Below are positions 1 through 9,294 of a stretch of DNA of 64,000 nucleotides, one piece after another. This stretch comes from an uncultured Gammaproteobacteria bacterium (GTDB taxonomy: Bacteria > Patescibacteriota > Patescibacteriia > Patescibacteriales > UBA12465): positions 353,839 through 417,838 of the forward strand of contig CAYPAP010000001.1 of the NCBI GenBank assembly GCA_964408775.1. The letters run 5' to 3'. How positions within the stretch are numbered: position 1 is the stretch's first letter; each line of letters begins with the position of its first letter. The notes beneath the pieces are model-generated. The model did no database searches, had not been told where the DNA came from, and worked only from the letters and a program-made list of their open reading frames with translations. The translations under genes were made by a program, and so were the position numbers.

Positions 1-297
1 CCATATCCAAGCAGTTTTTATCGCCTTAAAACTAGGCTGGCAGGACTAAACCTGGATAGAGCGGTAATAATAGAATTACAGGCCGAGCCTTGGATTCCTA
101 AAGAGGATATTTTTAATGTTTATGATACAACGTATCAAAAATCATTTAATTTAGAACAGTTTAGAGCCAATACTCAATTTGCTATAAACACCGGATTTAA
201 AGAGGTCTATTTCTGGGGAGCTGAGTGGTGGTATTTTAAACACAAAATGGGAGAAAATTCTGATTACTGGAATTTCGCCAAAACTTTATTTCCTTAA
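1..297 (+). CDS. 3' end of an ORF truncated by the window edge; function unknown
   Basis: Frame 1 is open from base 1 to TAA at 295-297 (...EVYFWGAEWWYFKHKMGENSDYWNFAKTLFP*). It is absent from the ORF track because it has no start in the window. Confidence 0.5.
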   Translation, partial: PYPSSFYRLKTRLAGLNLDRAVIIELQAEPWIPKEDIFNVYDTTYQKSFNLEQFRANTQFAINTGFKEVYFWGAEWWYFKHKMGENSDYWNFAKTLFP

Positions 298-307
298 TTT
301 ATAATTC

Positions 308-1021
308 ATGCTATCAATAATAATACCAACTTTAAACGAAGAAAAATATTTACCAAAATTATTGGAGGATATCAAAAAGCAAACTTTTTCTGATTATGAA
401 ATTATTGTCTCTGATGGATTTTCAGGTGATGGCACGGTAGACATCGCCAAGAGATATGGATGCAAGGTTGTAATCGGTGATAAAGATAAAAGACATCCCT
501 CAATTCAAAGAAACAACGGCGTTAAGGTCGCCCGCGGAAAGTGGCTTTTGTTCTTAGACGCTGATACATTGTTTAATAATAAGTTTTTTTTAGAAAAAAC
601 AATAAAAGATTTTTCTAAAAGAGAGTTGGGAATTGCTGGTTTCTACTTAAGATTTAAATCACAGCATTTTTTTTATTTATTTTACTATTGTTTTTATAAT
701 GGCTTTTCTTTTTTAGCTCAGTATATAAAGCCCTTGGCAGTTGGAGCTGCAATTATTGTAAAAAAAGAGTTACATGAAAAGATAGGAGGTTTTGATGAAA
801 GTATTTTTATTGGTGAAGATCAGATTTATTGTGAAAAAATTTCAAAAATAAGTCGCTTCAGACTTATTAAGGGAGAATATATATTTTTTTCTATTCGTCG
901 CTTTGAGAAGGAAGGCCGCTGGAGATTATTTTTTAAATTGCTCTATTCTACTGCCTACGTCTTGCTTTTTGGTCCAATAAAGAAGAAAATTGTTAAATAT
1001 AATTTTGGCGAACACGAATAA
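308..1021 (+). CDS. Glycosyltransferase family 2 (GT-A fold)
   Basis: N-terminal IIIPTLNEEKYLPKLLEDI...YEIIVSDGFSGDGT and LFLDADT (DXD-type) motifs typical of GT2 enzymes. Confidence 0.85.
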   Translation: MLSIIIPTLNEEKYLPKLLEDIKKQTFSDYEIIVSDGFSGDGTVDIAKRYGCKVVIGDKDKRHPSIQRNNGVKVARGKWLLFLDADTLFNNKFFLEKTIKDFSKRELGIAGFYLRFKSQHFFYLFYYCFYNGFSFLAQYIKPLAVGAAIIVKKELHEKIGGFDESIFIGEDQIYCEKISKISRFRLIKGEYIFFSIRRFEKEGRWRLFFKLLYSTAYVLLFGPIKKKIVKYNFGEHE

Positions 1022-1030
1022 AAAACGGAC

Positions 1031-1318
1031 TTAATAGCCCGTTTTTTTCCTAAAAATAGTTTTTGTTATTTTTAGGAACACGACCGAGGCGATTATAGCT
1101 CCGATAGCTATAATTAGATGGTGCACAATTGGGCCGTTTATGTGGAAGACAAAGTGGGCGGCTAAAGCACTTAGTAATGCCGTTATTATAACGTCATCGG
1201 GCTCCGACTTTGATTTAGTGGAGAATAATTTCCTAGCGATTCTCCATAGAGTGATGATGGCCAGTCCCATGCCTAGGCCAATAGAAAGCAGTGCTAAAAG
1301 ATTCAATAGAGTGTCCAT
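1031..1318 (-). CDS. Small hydrophobic membrane protein, function unknown
   Basis: 95-aa ORF with 2-3 hydrophobic helices lying in an otherwise empty gap between convergent genes. No recognisable motif. Confidence 0.4.
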   Translation of the reverse strand: MDTLLNLLALLSIGLGMGLAIITLWRIARKLFSTKSKSEPDDVIITALLSALAAHFVFHINGPIVHHLIIAIGAIIASVVFLKITKTIFRKKTGY

Positions 1319-1357
1319 TTTCTGAATTATTTTTTAAACAACTATTTTTTATTTATT

Positions 1358-2728
1358 TTAACTAGTAATTATTTTTAAAATTTCATCTCTTTTTTCTTCC
1401 ATAATTTTTTTATCAACAGCCTCTAGGTTCAATCGCATCTTATTTTCTGTGTTTGATCCACGAACATTAAACCAAAAATCTTTAAAAGAGACGGTAGTAC
1501 CATCCAGCTTATTTATTTTTCCGTTTTTGTATTTTTTTTCTAAGGCTTGAAAAACCTTTTCTTTGTTGTTTACTTCTTTGTTTATTTCTCCAGAGTGAAA
1601 ATATTTTTTGTAAGGAGATATTTGTTCGGATATTTTTAGATTGCTAGAAGAAAACTCTCTTAGTAGTTTTAATATAACAATGTTTGGTACTTCAAAACAG
1701 CCAATTTCCATATTTAAAAAGAAATGTCCAGAAGATTCTCCGGAAAAATAAATATTTTCTTTGAGCATTTGTTCTTTTATCAGAGAATGGCCAACCCTTG
1801 TTTTCACTGGCTTTCCCCCATTTTCTAAAATCAAGTCTTCGGTTATTTTTCCAGGACGAACATCAAAGCCGATTTTAACTCCAGGGTTTTTTTGTAAAAA
1901 GAGCTTTGATAGTAATCCCCTGATAATAGATTGGTCAATTAATTCTCCTCGATCATCAATAAAGAAAACCCTATCGCCATCACCATCGGTGGTTATGCCA
2001 AAGTCAGCCTTTTTCTTTAAGACTTCTTTTTTTATTTGTTCTAGATTTTCTTCTTTTAAGGGGTCGGCTTCATGAGCTGGAAAATTTCCATCTAATTTAA
2101 AATTAATTTTGATTAATTTTCCAGGGAGGTGTTTAAATAGTTCATTTATGAATAAACCCCCGACAGCGTTAGCCGGGTCAACCACTATTTTTAGTGGTTT
2201 TATTTTTTTAATATCACCATATTTTAGATCGTATTTAATTTGATCTTGTAAAATGTTTTTCTTTTTAATTATTTTTCCTTTTTTATCGCTGGGAATTAAA
2301 TTTCTACTTATCACTTTTTCTTTTAAAAATTCTATCCCAGTATTTCCACTTATAGGAATAGCTTTCTCTCTGGTTAATTTAAAACCATTCCATTCCTTGG
2401 GATTGTGTGAGGCACTAACCATAATACCCCCGTCATATTTATATTTAGCAACAGCAAAATAAAAAGTTGGAGTAGCGGTTAAACCAATATCAATCACATC
2501 TGCTCCGGCATCCAGTAGGCCTTTAATTAAGCTCTTTTTTAAAGAGGGAGAGGATATTCGCATATCAGAGGCCACTACTATTTTAAACTTTTTGTTTTTG
2601 TTTTTAGTGTCCTTTTTTCGGAGCTCAATATAGGCCAGACCTAATTGATAGGCGGTTTCTTCGTCTAAATCTTTTTTGTAAACACCTCTAATGTCGTAAG
2701 CTTTAAAGATTGATGGATTGCTTGTCAT
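1358..2728 (-). CDS. Phosphomannomutase/phosphoglucomutase (alpha-D-phosphohexomutase family)
   Basis: IFKAYDIRG N-terminus, phosphoserine loop SASHNPKEWNGFK, metal loop TDGDGDRV and sugar loop GESSGH. Confidence 0.9.
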   Translation of the reverse strand: MTSNPSIFKAYDIRGVYKKDLDEETAYQLGLAYIELRKKDTKNKNKKFKIVVASDMRISSPSLKKSLIKGLLDAGADVIDIGLTATPTFYFAVAKYKYDGGIMVSASHNPKEWNGFKLTREKAIPISGNTGIEFLKEKVISRNLIPSDKKGKIIKKKNILQDQIKYDLKYGDIKKIKPLKIVVDPANAVGGLFINELFKHLPGKLIKINFKLDGNFPAHEADPLKEENLEQIKKEVLKKKADFGITTDGDGDRVFFIDDRGELIDQSIIRGLLSKLFLQKNPGVKIGFDVRPGKITEDLILENGGKPVKTRVGHSLIKEQMLKENIYFSGESSGHFFLNMEIGCFEVPNIVILKLLREFSSSNLKISEQISPYKKYFHSGEINKEVNNKEKVFQALEKKYKNGKINKLDGTTVSFKDFWFNVRGSNTENKMRLNLEAVDKKIMEEKRDEILKIITS

Positions 2729-3851
2729 GTTTTTTATTTTTAATTAAATAATAAAATACTCCCATTCCCACAAGTGTGGCGACAAGAGAAAATAGCCAGC
2801 CGATATAAGGAAGAGAGAAAAGTAACCAAGCTAAAACGATGCCCGAGAAAGCCTTTAGATACCAGGAAACTTTTTCTTTTTTCCCTAGTTTAAAAATATA
2901 ATCTCCCAGCGCCAAGGCTACTATTATTTTACTAAAAAATATTAGCATTAACCACAAAGAGAAGGCTATCAGGGCTAGTGGTATTCCGAATACGGTTATT
3001 ATAGCGAGTATAACAGCGATTGGCGTTAGAAATAATATTATAGATCCGGGACCAATAGCTTTATAATTTTTTTTCAAGGAAAATTCTTTTAATTTTTCTA
3101 TTTGTTTTTTAAATAAAATGTTTAAAACCAAGAAGGTTAGAAAAACTGATATTATAGAGTAGAAAAATTTGGCAGAGCCTGGAATTTTGTGGGACTTTTT
3201 TTGAGGATCTTTTTTTGTTATTTCTCCAGCAATATTCTCTGTCTCGATATTAGCGTCTTTGTTTCCTTGGTAGCTGAGAGACCCTCCGATAATAGCTGAT
3301 TCTTCTATTTTTAAAATATTAAAGTAATTATTTTTTTTAATTCGGTCTATTTTGAGGTTAACGTTTTTTTCTACTTCGCCTCTGATTAACGTATTACCAG
3401 AAATCCCATGAAGGTTTCCTTTTACAAGGCCATTTATCTCGGAATTAATACCAAGTAATAAAACATCTTGTCCGGCGCTTGCTTTCTCAGATAAAATAAA
3501 AGACTCTCCGGCAAAATTTATATTTTTTCCGATATTTCCAGAGATATTTATGGCGTTTGAAAGCACTCGCAAATTTCCGTCGACTTTTCCAGCTATGTTT
3601 ATATTTTGGGAGGCGGCGATAACATCCCCTTTAACATGGCCGTTTATTTGTAGGTTGGAGCTAATACCGATTACGTCTCCCAAAACCTGACCTTCTATGG
3701 TCACACTTTTGGCTTGGAAATATAGATTTCCTTCAACTATTTCGTCTTTTCCGACATAGATAAAATCATTGGATTTTATAACATAGGCCTGAGAAGCTAA
3801 TGGAATTAAAAAGAATAAAGGTAGAATTAATAAAAAATAGATTTTTTTCAT
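2703..3851 (-). CDS. Membrane protein with bactofilin-like (polymer-forming cytoskeletal, beta-helix) repeats
   Basis: Signal-peptide-like N-terminus (MKKIYFLLILPLFFLIPLASQA). About 150 aa of degenerate G-x-[VI]-x-G-[DN]-[VI] repeats follow (VLGDVIGISSNLQINGHVKGDVIAASQNINIAGKVDGNLRV...), then 4-5 hydrophobic helices. It overlaps the downstream mutase gene by 26 nt. Confidence 0.6.
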   Translation of the reverse strand: MKKIYFLLILPLFFLIPLASQAYVIKSNDFIYVGKDEIVEGNLYFQAKSVTIEGQVLGDVIGISSNLQINGHVKGDVIAASQNINIAGKVDGNLRVLSNAINISGNIGKNINFAGESFILSEKASAGQDVLLLGINSEINGLVKGNLHGISGNTLIRGEVEKNVNLKIDRIKKNNYFNILKIEESAIIGGSLSYQGNKDANIETENIAGEITKKDPQKKSHKIPGSAKFFYSIISVFLTFLVLNILFKKQIEKLKEFSLKKNYKAIGPGSIILFLTPIAVILAIITVFGIPLALIAFSLWLMLIFFSKIIVALALGDYIFKLGKKEKVSWYLKAFSGIVLAWLLFSLPYIGWLFSLVATLVGMGVFYYLIKNKKHDKQSINL

Positions 3852-3978
3852 AAATTTTAAGCCCCAGTATTTTTAAATAATTTTTTATTGAAAAATTTAA
3901 GGCGACTATACTTGATTAGTTTTTTAAGTTATAATTAATATAATTAATATTAAATCATCTTTATTATAGCGCAAAAGT

Positions 3979-5625
3979 ATGAGACAAGCAACTCTAGATA
4001 TTATAGAAAATATCAAAAAAATTAAAAATGATGCCGACCTAGGTGTTTTTAAGCGTGATTTATCTAAGAAGTATGGGTTTTCTTTGTTATTGAACTCGGA
4101 TATTTTGCGAGAATATTTTTTGTTAATAAATGAAAAGAAAGTTAATGATAAATGGTTGGAAAAATATCATAATTTTTTTCTTTCTCTTTTGAAAAAGCGA
4201 GCCATTAGGACTTTATCAGGCATTGCTCCAGTAGCCGTTTTAACAAAGCCCTATCCCTGCCCGGGAGAGTGTGCTTATTGCCCCAAAAGAACCGACGTCC
4301 CGGTTAGTTATTTGCCCAATGAACCCGCCGTGATGCGAGCCTTGCGCTTAGAATTTAATCCTTATCTACAAACAATATTTCGCTTGCGCGCCCTAGAGAA
4401 TAACGGACACGAACCTAATAAAATTGAGTTAATTGTAATTGGCGGAACTTGGAGTTATTTACCTGATAAGTATAAATATTGGTATATTTTAAATTGTTTT
4501 AAGGCCGTCAATGATTATCAAAAAATAAAAGAAAAAATTATTATTACTAAAAGTGAAAAGATTGTAAAGACCAAGGAATTTTCTAAAAATATTTATTCTG
4601 AAAAATTATCCCTAAAAGATTTAAAAAAATTTTTATTACAAGAGCAAAAGAAAAACGAAAAATCTAAATATGGAATTATTGGTTTAACTTTAGAAACTAG
4701 ACCTGACTATATAGATGAGAAAGAATTGTGGCAAATGCGAGAATTGGGCTGTACTCGAGTAGAAATTGGTGTTCAGGCTGTTGATGACGATATTTTGAAG
4801 CTAAATAAGAGGGGTCATGGCGTTGATAAAATTATAGAGACAACCAAAAAATTAAAACAATTTGGTTTTAAGGTTACTTATCATTTTATGCCAGCCCTAC
4901 CTGGATCTAATCCTAAAAAAGATGTGGAGATGTATAAAAAAATATATAACAATAAAGATTTTCAACCCGATCAAATTAAATTTTATCCCACTACAGTAGT
5001 CAAAGATAGCTTGCTTTATAAATGGTGGAAGCAAGGGAAATATAAACCTTATTCTGATAAAGAATTGGAGGAAATTATTATTGAATGTAAAAAAAACACG
5101 CCAATTTATACTAGAATTATTCGTTTAATTCGCGATATTCCGGGAGAGTCAATTGAGGCTGGAAATAAAATTACTAATTTACGACAAGTGATGAAAGACA
5201 AGGGCGTGAAGTGTAATTGTATTCGTTGTCGAGAGATTAAGGGCGGAGTGATTAATAAAAGAGATTTGAGTTTAAATATTTTAAAATATCGCGCCTCAGG
5301 TGGAGATGAGTATTTTATTAGTTTTGATAGTAAGGATAAAAAAAGTTTGTATGGCTTTTGTCGTTTAAGGATTGAAAAGGGCAATAAAACTTTTCCAGCC
5401 ATAATTAGAGAACTTCATGTTTATGGTCAGTTGGTACCGATGGGGGGAAGTAAAAAAATTCAGCATAGTGGTTTAGGGAAAAGGTTGATGCAAGAAGCGG
5501 AGAAAATTACTAAGGAGGAAAAGATTAATTCCTTGGCCATTATCTCCGGCGTCGGGGTTCGAGGCTATTATCGGAAGCTGGGGTATAAACTAAAAAATAC
5601 TTATATGGTTAAAAAAATTGGTTAA
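3979..5625 (+). CDS. elp3: Elp3-like radical-SAM/GNAT tRNA wobble-uridine modification enzyme
   Basis: Radical-SAM motif CPGECAYCP, an Elp3-type central region, and a C-terminal GNAT acetyl-CoA motif (QHSGLGKRLM). Length and domain order match Elp3. Confidence 0.8.
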   Translation: MRQATLDIIENIKKIKNDADLGVFKRDLSKKYGFSLLLNSDILREYFLLINEKKVNDKWLEKYHNFFLSLLKKRAIRTLSGIAPVAVLTKPYPCPGECAYCPKRTDVPVSYLPNEPAVMRALRLEFNPYLQTIFRLRALENNGHEPNKIELIVIGGTWSYLPDKYKYWYILNCFKAVNDYQKIKEKIIITKSEKIVKTKEFSKNIYSEKLSLKDLKKFLLQEQKKNEKSKYGIIGLTLETRPDYIDEKELWQMRELGCTRVEIGVQAVDDDILKLNKRGHGVDKIIETTKKLKQFGFKVTYHFMPALPGSNPKKDVEMYKKIYNNKDFQPDQIKFYPTTVVKDSLLYKWWKQGKYKPYSDKELEEIIIECKKNTPIYTRIIRLIRDIPGESIEAGNKITNLRQVMKDKGVKCNCIRCREIKGGVINKRDLSLNILKYRASGGDEYFISFDSKDKKSLYGFCRLRIEKGNKTFPAIIRELHVYGQLVPMGGSKKIQHSGLGKRLMQEAEKITKEEKINSLAIISGVGVRGYYRKLGYKLKNTYMVKKIG

Positions 5626-5702
5626 ACTAAAAACTCATCTATTTTGACCTTAATTTTTTTTGCTATAATAGTAATACCATTAAAATAATTAATAATATAA
5701 TT

Positions 5703-6200
5703 ATGAAAACCAAAAAACCGGCCTTTACTCTAATAGAACTATTAGTAGTAATCGCCATAATTGGTATTTTGGCTACTCTAGCTGTGGTGTCCCTACAAAA
5801 TGCCAGAAAGAATGCCCGAGACGCTAAAAGAATAGCCGATGTTAGACAAATGCAAACAGCATTAGAGCTATATCATAATGACACCGGAGTATATCCACTA
5901 ACTGGAGAAATAGATAGCACTATAGCCACCGGAGGAGTAACATATATGGTAGTGGTCCCGACAGCTCCTACTCCAGCAGACGGAGACTGTGAAGAAAGTG
6001 ATAATACTTATACTTATACCTCTGCTGACGGCTTAACTTATGCTATTGGTTTTTGTACAGGCGGGGCTGTATCCAATTTGTCAGCTGGATTAAAAGAGGC
6101 CAGTCCTTCAGGGGTGGTCTATATTCCTTGGTGCGGAGAATATACAGTGACTTTTACATACAACGGAACTCCTGCAACCTACGGAACTGTAGCTGGATAA
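5703..6200 (+). CDS. Type IV pilin-like protein (class III signal), ending at an in-frame TAA inside a downstream domain
   Basis: KKPAFTLIELLVVIAIIGILA prepilin cleavage/methylation motif followed by the pilin helix RDAKRIADVRQMQTALELYHNDTGVYP. Confidence 0.85.
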   Translation: MKTKKPAFTLIELLVVIAIIGILATLAVVSLQNARKNARDAKRIADVRQMQTALELYHNDTGVYPLTGEIDSTIATGGVTYMVVVPTAPTPADGDCEESDNTYTYTSADGLTYAIGFCTGGAVSNLSAGLKEASPSGVVYIPWCGEYTVTFTYNGTPATYGTVAG

Positions 6201-6758
6201 AATAGCACTTGTTGGTTAGACCGCAATCTCGGAGCTACGCAAGTAGCCATATCCTCCACTGATGCCGCCGCTTATGGTGACCTATTCCAATGGGGCAGAT
6301 TAGATGATGGGCATCAAGTTAGAAATCCAGCTCCAGCTACATCAGCAACATTAGCCACCACCGACATCCCTGGACATGCTAGCTTTATACTTGCTCCAAA
6401 TTCTCCTTATGATTGGCGAAGTCCCCAAAGCGCTAATTTATGGCAAGGAGTAGATGGAGTTAATAACCCTTGCCCAAATGGCTGGAGAATACTAACCGAA
6501 GCAGAGTGGGAAGCCGAAAGAACAAGTTTGAGCTCAAATAATTCAGTCGGAGCCTTTGTTTCACCTTTAAAACTAACATTAGCCGGCGCCCGCATCCACG
6601 ACAATGGTTCTCTATACAATGTTGGCTCTCTCGGCGGCTATTGGGCAAGTTCCGTAGATGGTGCGAATTCGCGCTTCCTTTACTTTCATAGTAGTAATGC
6701 TTACGTGAGTAGTAGCCTCCGAGCTAATGGTTTTCCTGTGCGGTGTCTTAAGGATTAA
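6201..6758 (+). pseudogene. Remainder of a Fibrobacter-succinogenes-major-paralogous-type (Fib_succ_major) domain, cut off from the pilin ORF by a single TAA
   Basis: Same frame as 5703..6200, and open with no ATG/GTG/TTG until 6528. Translation NSTCWLDRNLGA...LFQWGR...CPNGWRILTEAEWE...GFPVRCLKD. The start of the domain (CGEYTVTF..YGTVAG) lies upstream of the stop. Confidence 0.7.
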
Positions 6759-6787
6759 TTCAATTTTTTTAAAATTTTTTCTCTAAC

Positions 6788-6816
6788 AAAAAGCTTTTTG
6801 ACACAAAGCTTTTTTT
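6788..6816. terminator. Hairpin terminator after the pilin locus
   Basis: Perfect 10-bp stem AAAAAGCTTT / AAAGCTTTTT with loop TTGACAC, followed by a T-run. Confidence 0.65.
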
Positions 6817-6826
6817 GCTTTACAAT
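6798..6826 (+). promoter_or_regulatory. Sigma-70-like promoter for glyA-folD
   Basis: TTGACA (6798-6803), a 17-nt spacer, then TACAAT (6821-6826), about 60 nt upstream of the glyA start. Confidence 0.5.
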
Positions 6827-6887
6827 AAGATTGTTGTTAGCCCTTAATTTAGGTTAATTTTTAATTTATTTTTAATAATTTATTGAT

Positions 6888-8132
6888 ATGAATTTTAATA
6901 ACAATTTATCATCTAGCGATGAGTTTTTGTATAAACTAATAGAGAAAGAAGAAGAGAGACAAGAAAACGAAATCGAGCTAATTGCCTCCGAAAACTATGC
7001 TTCGCCGGCCGTTTTAGAGGCCATGGCTTCGGTTTTGAATAATAAATACAGTGAAGGTTATGCCGGTAAAAGATATTATGGCGGAAATTCGGTTATCGAC
7101 GAGGTGGAAACCTTAGCCATAGAAAGATTAAAGCAACTTTTTGGAGCCGAACACGCCAACGTTCAGCCGCTTTCGGGCTCCCCCGCTAACGCTTCGGTTT
7201 ATATGGCTTTTTTAGAACCTGGAGACAAGGTTTTGGGCTTAAAATTGGATCACGGCGGGCATTTATCACACGGTCATGGAGTAAATTTTTCTGGTCGCTT
7301 ATATAATTTTGTTCAATATGAAGTAGAAGAAAATGGTTTCATAGACATGGAAAAAGTGAGAGAAATCGCCAAGCAAGAAAAACCAAAAATGATAGTAGCT
7401 GGCTTTAGCGCTTATTCCAGAAATATGGATTGGAAAAAATTCAAAGAAATCGCTGACGAAGTTGGGGCTTATACTTTCGCCGATATTGCCCATATTGCTG
7501 GTTTAATTGCCGGAAAAGTAATAGATAGTCCGGTGCCATATTTTGATGTTATTTCTAGTACCACCCATAAAACTTTACGTGGACCCCGCGGAGCCTTCAT
7601 TTTATGTAAAGAAAAATTTGCCAAGCAAGTTGATAGGGCGGTTTTTCCAGGTATGCAAGGCGGACCACACGATCACATTACTGCTGCTAAGGCCGTGTCC
7701 TTCAAAGAAGCCTTGGAGCCAGAATTCAAAACCTACTGTCAGCAGGTTATAAAAAACGCTCAAAAAATGGCCGAGGAATTTATTAAAAAAGATTATAAAA
7801 TTATTTCTGATGGGACCGACAATCATTTAATGGTCATAGATTTGCAAAATAAAAATATTTCCGGGTTAGAGACGGAACAAGCTTTAGAAAAAGTTGGAAT
7901 TTCTGTTTCGCGCTCTACTATTCCTAATGACCCCGCCCCACCAATGCGCCCCTCGGGGATTAGAATTGGAACCCCAGCCATTACTACCAGAGGATTTAAA
8001 GAAGAAGAGGTTGTGCTTTTAGTGGAACTAATAGATGAGGCTATAAAAAATAAAGAAGATGATAAAAAATTAGAAGAAATAAAAAAACAGGTTCAAGTCT
8101 TGTGTCAAAAATTTCCTATTTATAAAAAATAG
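6888..8132 (+). CDS. glyA: Serine hydroxymethyltransferase
   Basis: Full-length SHMT with GGHLSHG and the PLP-lysine region [13 protein letters not shown]. Confidence 0.95.
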   Translation: MNFNNNLSSSDEFLYKLIEKEEERQENEIELIASENYASPAVLEAMASVLNNKYSEGYAGKRYYGGNSVIDEVETLAIERLKQLFGAEHANVQPLSGSPANASVYMAFLEPGDKVLGLKLDHGGHLSHGHGVNFSGRLYNFVQYEVEENGFIDMEKVREIAKQEKPKMIVAGFSAYSRNMDWKKFKEIADEVGAYTFADIAHIAGLIAGKVIDSPVPYFDVISSTTHKTLRGPRGAFILCKEKFAKQVDRAVFPGMQGGPHDHITAAKAVSFKEALEPEFKTYCQQVIKNAQKMAEEFIKKDYKIISDGTDNHLMVIDLQNKNISGLETEQALEKVGISVSRSTIPNDPAPPMRPSGIRIGTPAITTRGFKEEEVVLLVELIDEAIKNKEDDKKLEEIKKQVQVLCQKFPIYKK

Positions 8133-8182
8133 AAGCAAGGTTTTTAATTAGTAAAAATAAAAAAGTAAAAATAAATAAAAAA

Positions 8183-9043
8183 ATGAAAATAATTGATGGC
8201 AAAAAAATTGCCGAAAAAATTAAAGATGATATCGCTAAAAATGTTTTTGACTTAGTACAAAAAGAGCGGCGCCGACCTTCTCTAGCAATTATTTTAGCTG
8301 GCGAGAGGGAAGATTCTAAAATATATGTAAACTTAAAAGAAAAATCAGCCAAAGAAGTTGGTGTTGATACTAGTTTATATTTAATAGAAGAAGATGATGG
8401 TGAGGACAATATTATTAATACTATAAAATTTCTGAATCAAGATACAATGATAGATGGAATTTTGGTCCAACTACCACTGCCAAAGAAATTTAATACCGAT
8501 AAAATTTTAAAAATGATTAACCCCGAAAAAGATGTGGATGGTTTTTGTAAAAGTAAAAATAAGTTTTTGTTATCCCCTGTTATTTTGGCCACTGAGTATA
8601 GTTTAAAAAATTGTAAAGTTAATTTAAAAAATAAAAAATCTTTCCTCTTCTGCAATTCAGAAATTTTTAAAAACGAAATGAAAGAATTTTTTCTTAGTAA
8701 AGGGCTGGAATTTGATTTTATAAAAAGTGACGAGCTGGAGAAAGTTTTAGGCGGTAACAACGAGCAAAGAAAGCAAGATTTATATAAAAGGGTTAGGTCT
8801 AATGACATCCTTATTACGGCCATGGGCAAACCAGAAATAATTGACAAAAACTTTTTAAAGGACGATATGATCTTAATTGATGTTGGTATTACTAAGGTTG
8901 GTGATAAGGTTTTGGGAGATATAAAAAGATCTGACACTGAAAAACTGGCGGGGTATCTTACTCCAGTTCCTGGGGGTATAGGGCCAGTGACAGTCGCCTG
9001 TTTATTAAAAAATGTTTTACAAGCCTACTTACCTAGGGGTTAA
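8183..9043 (+). CDS. folD: Bifunctional methylenetetrahydrofolate dehydrogenase/cyclohydrolase
   Basis: IDGKKIAEKIK N-terminus, ILVQLPLP motif and C-terminal TPVPGGIGPVTVACLL. Confidence 0.9.
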   Translation: MKIIDGKKIAEKIKDDIAKNVFDLVQKERRRPSLAIILAGEREDSKIYVNLKEKSAKEVGVDTSLYLIEEDDGEDNIINTIKFLNQDTMIDGILVQLPLPKKFNTDKILKMINPEKDVDGFCKSKNKFLLSPVILATEYSLKNCKVNLKNKKSFLFCNSEIFKNEMKEFFLSKGLEFDFIKSDELEKVLGGNNEQRKQDLYKRVRSNDILITAMGKPEIIDKNFLKDDMILIDVGITKVGDKVLGDIKRSDTEKLAGYLTPVPGGIGPVTVACLLKNVLQAYLPRG

Positions 9044-9080
9044 ACGCTATTTTAAAAACCAAACTTTATTTAAAATAAAA

Positions 9081-9105
9081 AAAGAGCCTGAGCTCTTTTG
9101 CATTT
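9081..9105 (+). terminator. Rho-independent terminator after folD
   Basis: Stem AAAGAGC / GCTCTTT with loop CTGA, followed by a T-rich tract. Confidence 0.6.
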
Positions 9106-9128
9106 TTGTTTTTTGCGCAGACACACTT

Positions 9129-9266
9129 TTAGCCAGCGCTTTTTATTATAAAGAGGGTGAATACAAGTAGGGCAAACACTACAATTGCTGTTATAATGTT
9201 TACAACTATGGGGTTAATTTGGGAATCGCTAGAACCCGATTTACGGGCCTGATCACTTTTTTTCAT
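9129..9266 (-). CDS. Unlisted 45-aa single-pass membrane peptide
   Basis: ATG (complement of 9264-9266) preceded by a strong SD (AAAGGAGGAGCC). Translation MKKSDQARKSGSSDSQINPIVVNIITAIVVFALLVFTLFIIKSAG*. It is below the ORF-track size cutoff. Confidence 0.45.
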   Translation of the reverse strand: MKKSDQARKSGSSDSQINPIVVNIITAIVVFALLVFTLFIIKSAG

Positions 9267-9294
9267 GGCTCCTCCTTTTTAAATTTTTAAAACA

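Noticed and set aside
6198-6200. Alternative genetic code as an explanation for the in-frame stop in the pilin gene (some CPR-related lineages recode a stop codon).
   Set aside because: The known recoding in those lineages concerns TGA, not TAA. Here TAA ends most genes at their expected lengths, and TGA also works as a stop (pilD at 32177-32179, HAM1 at 63166-63168).
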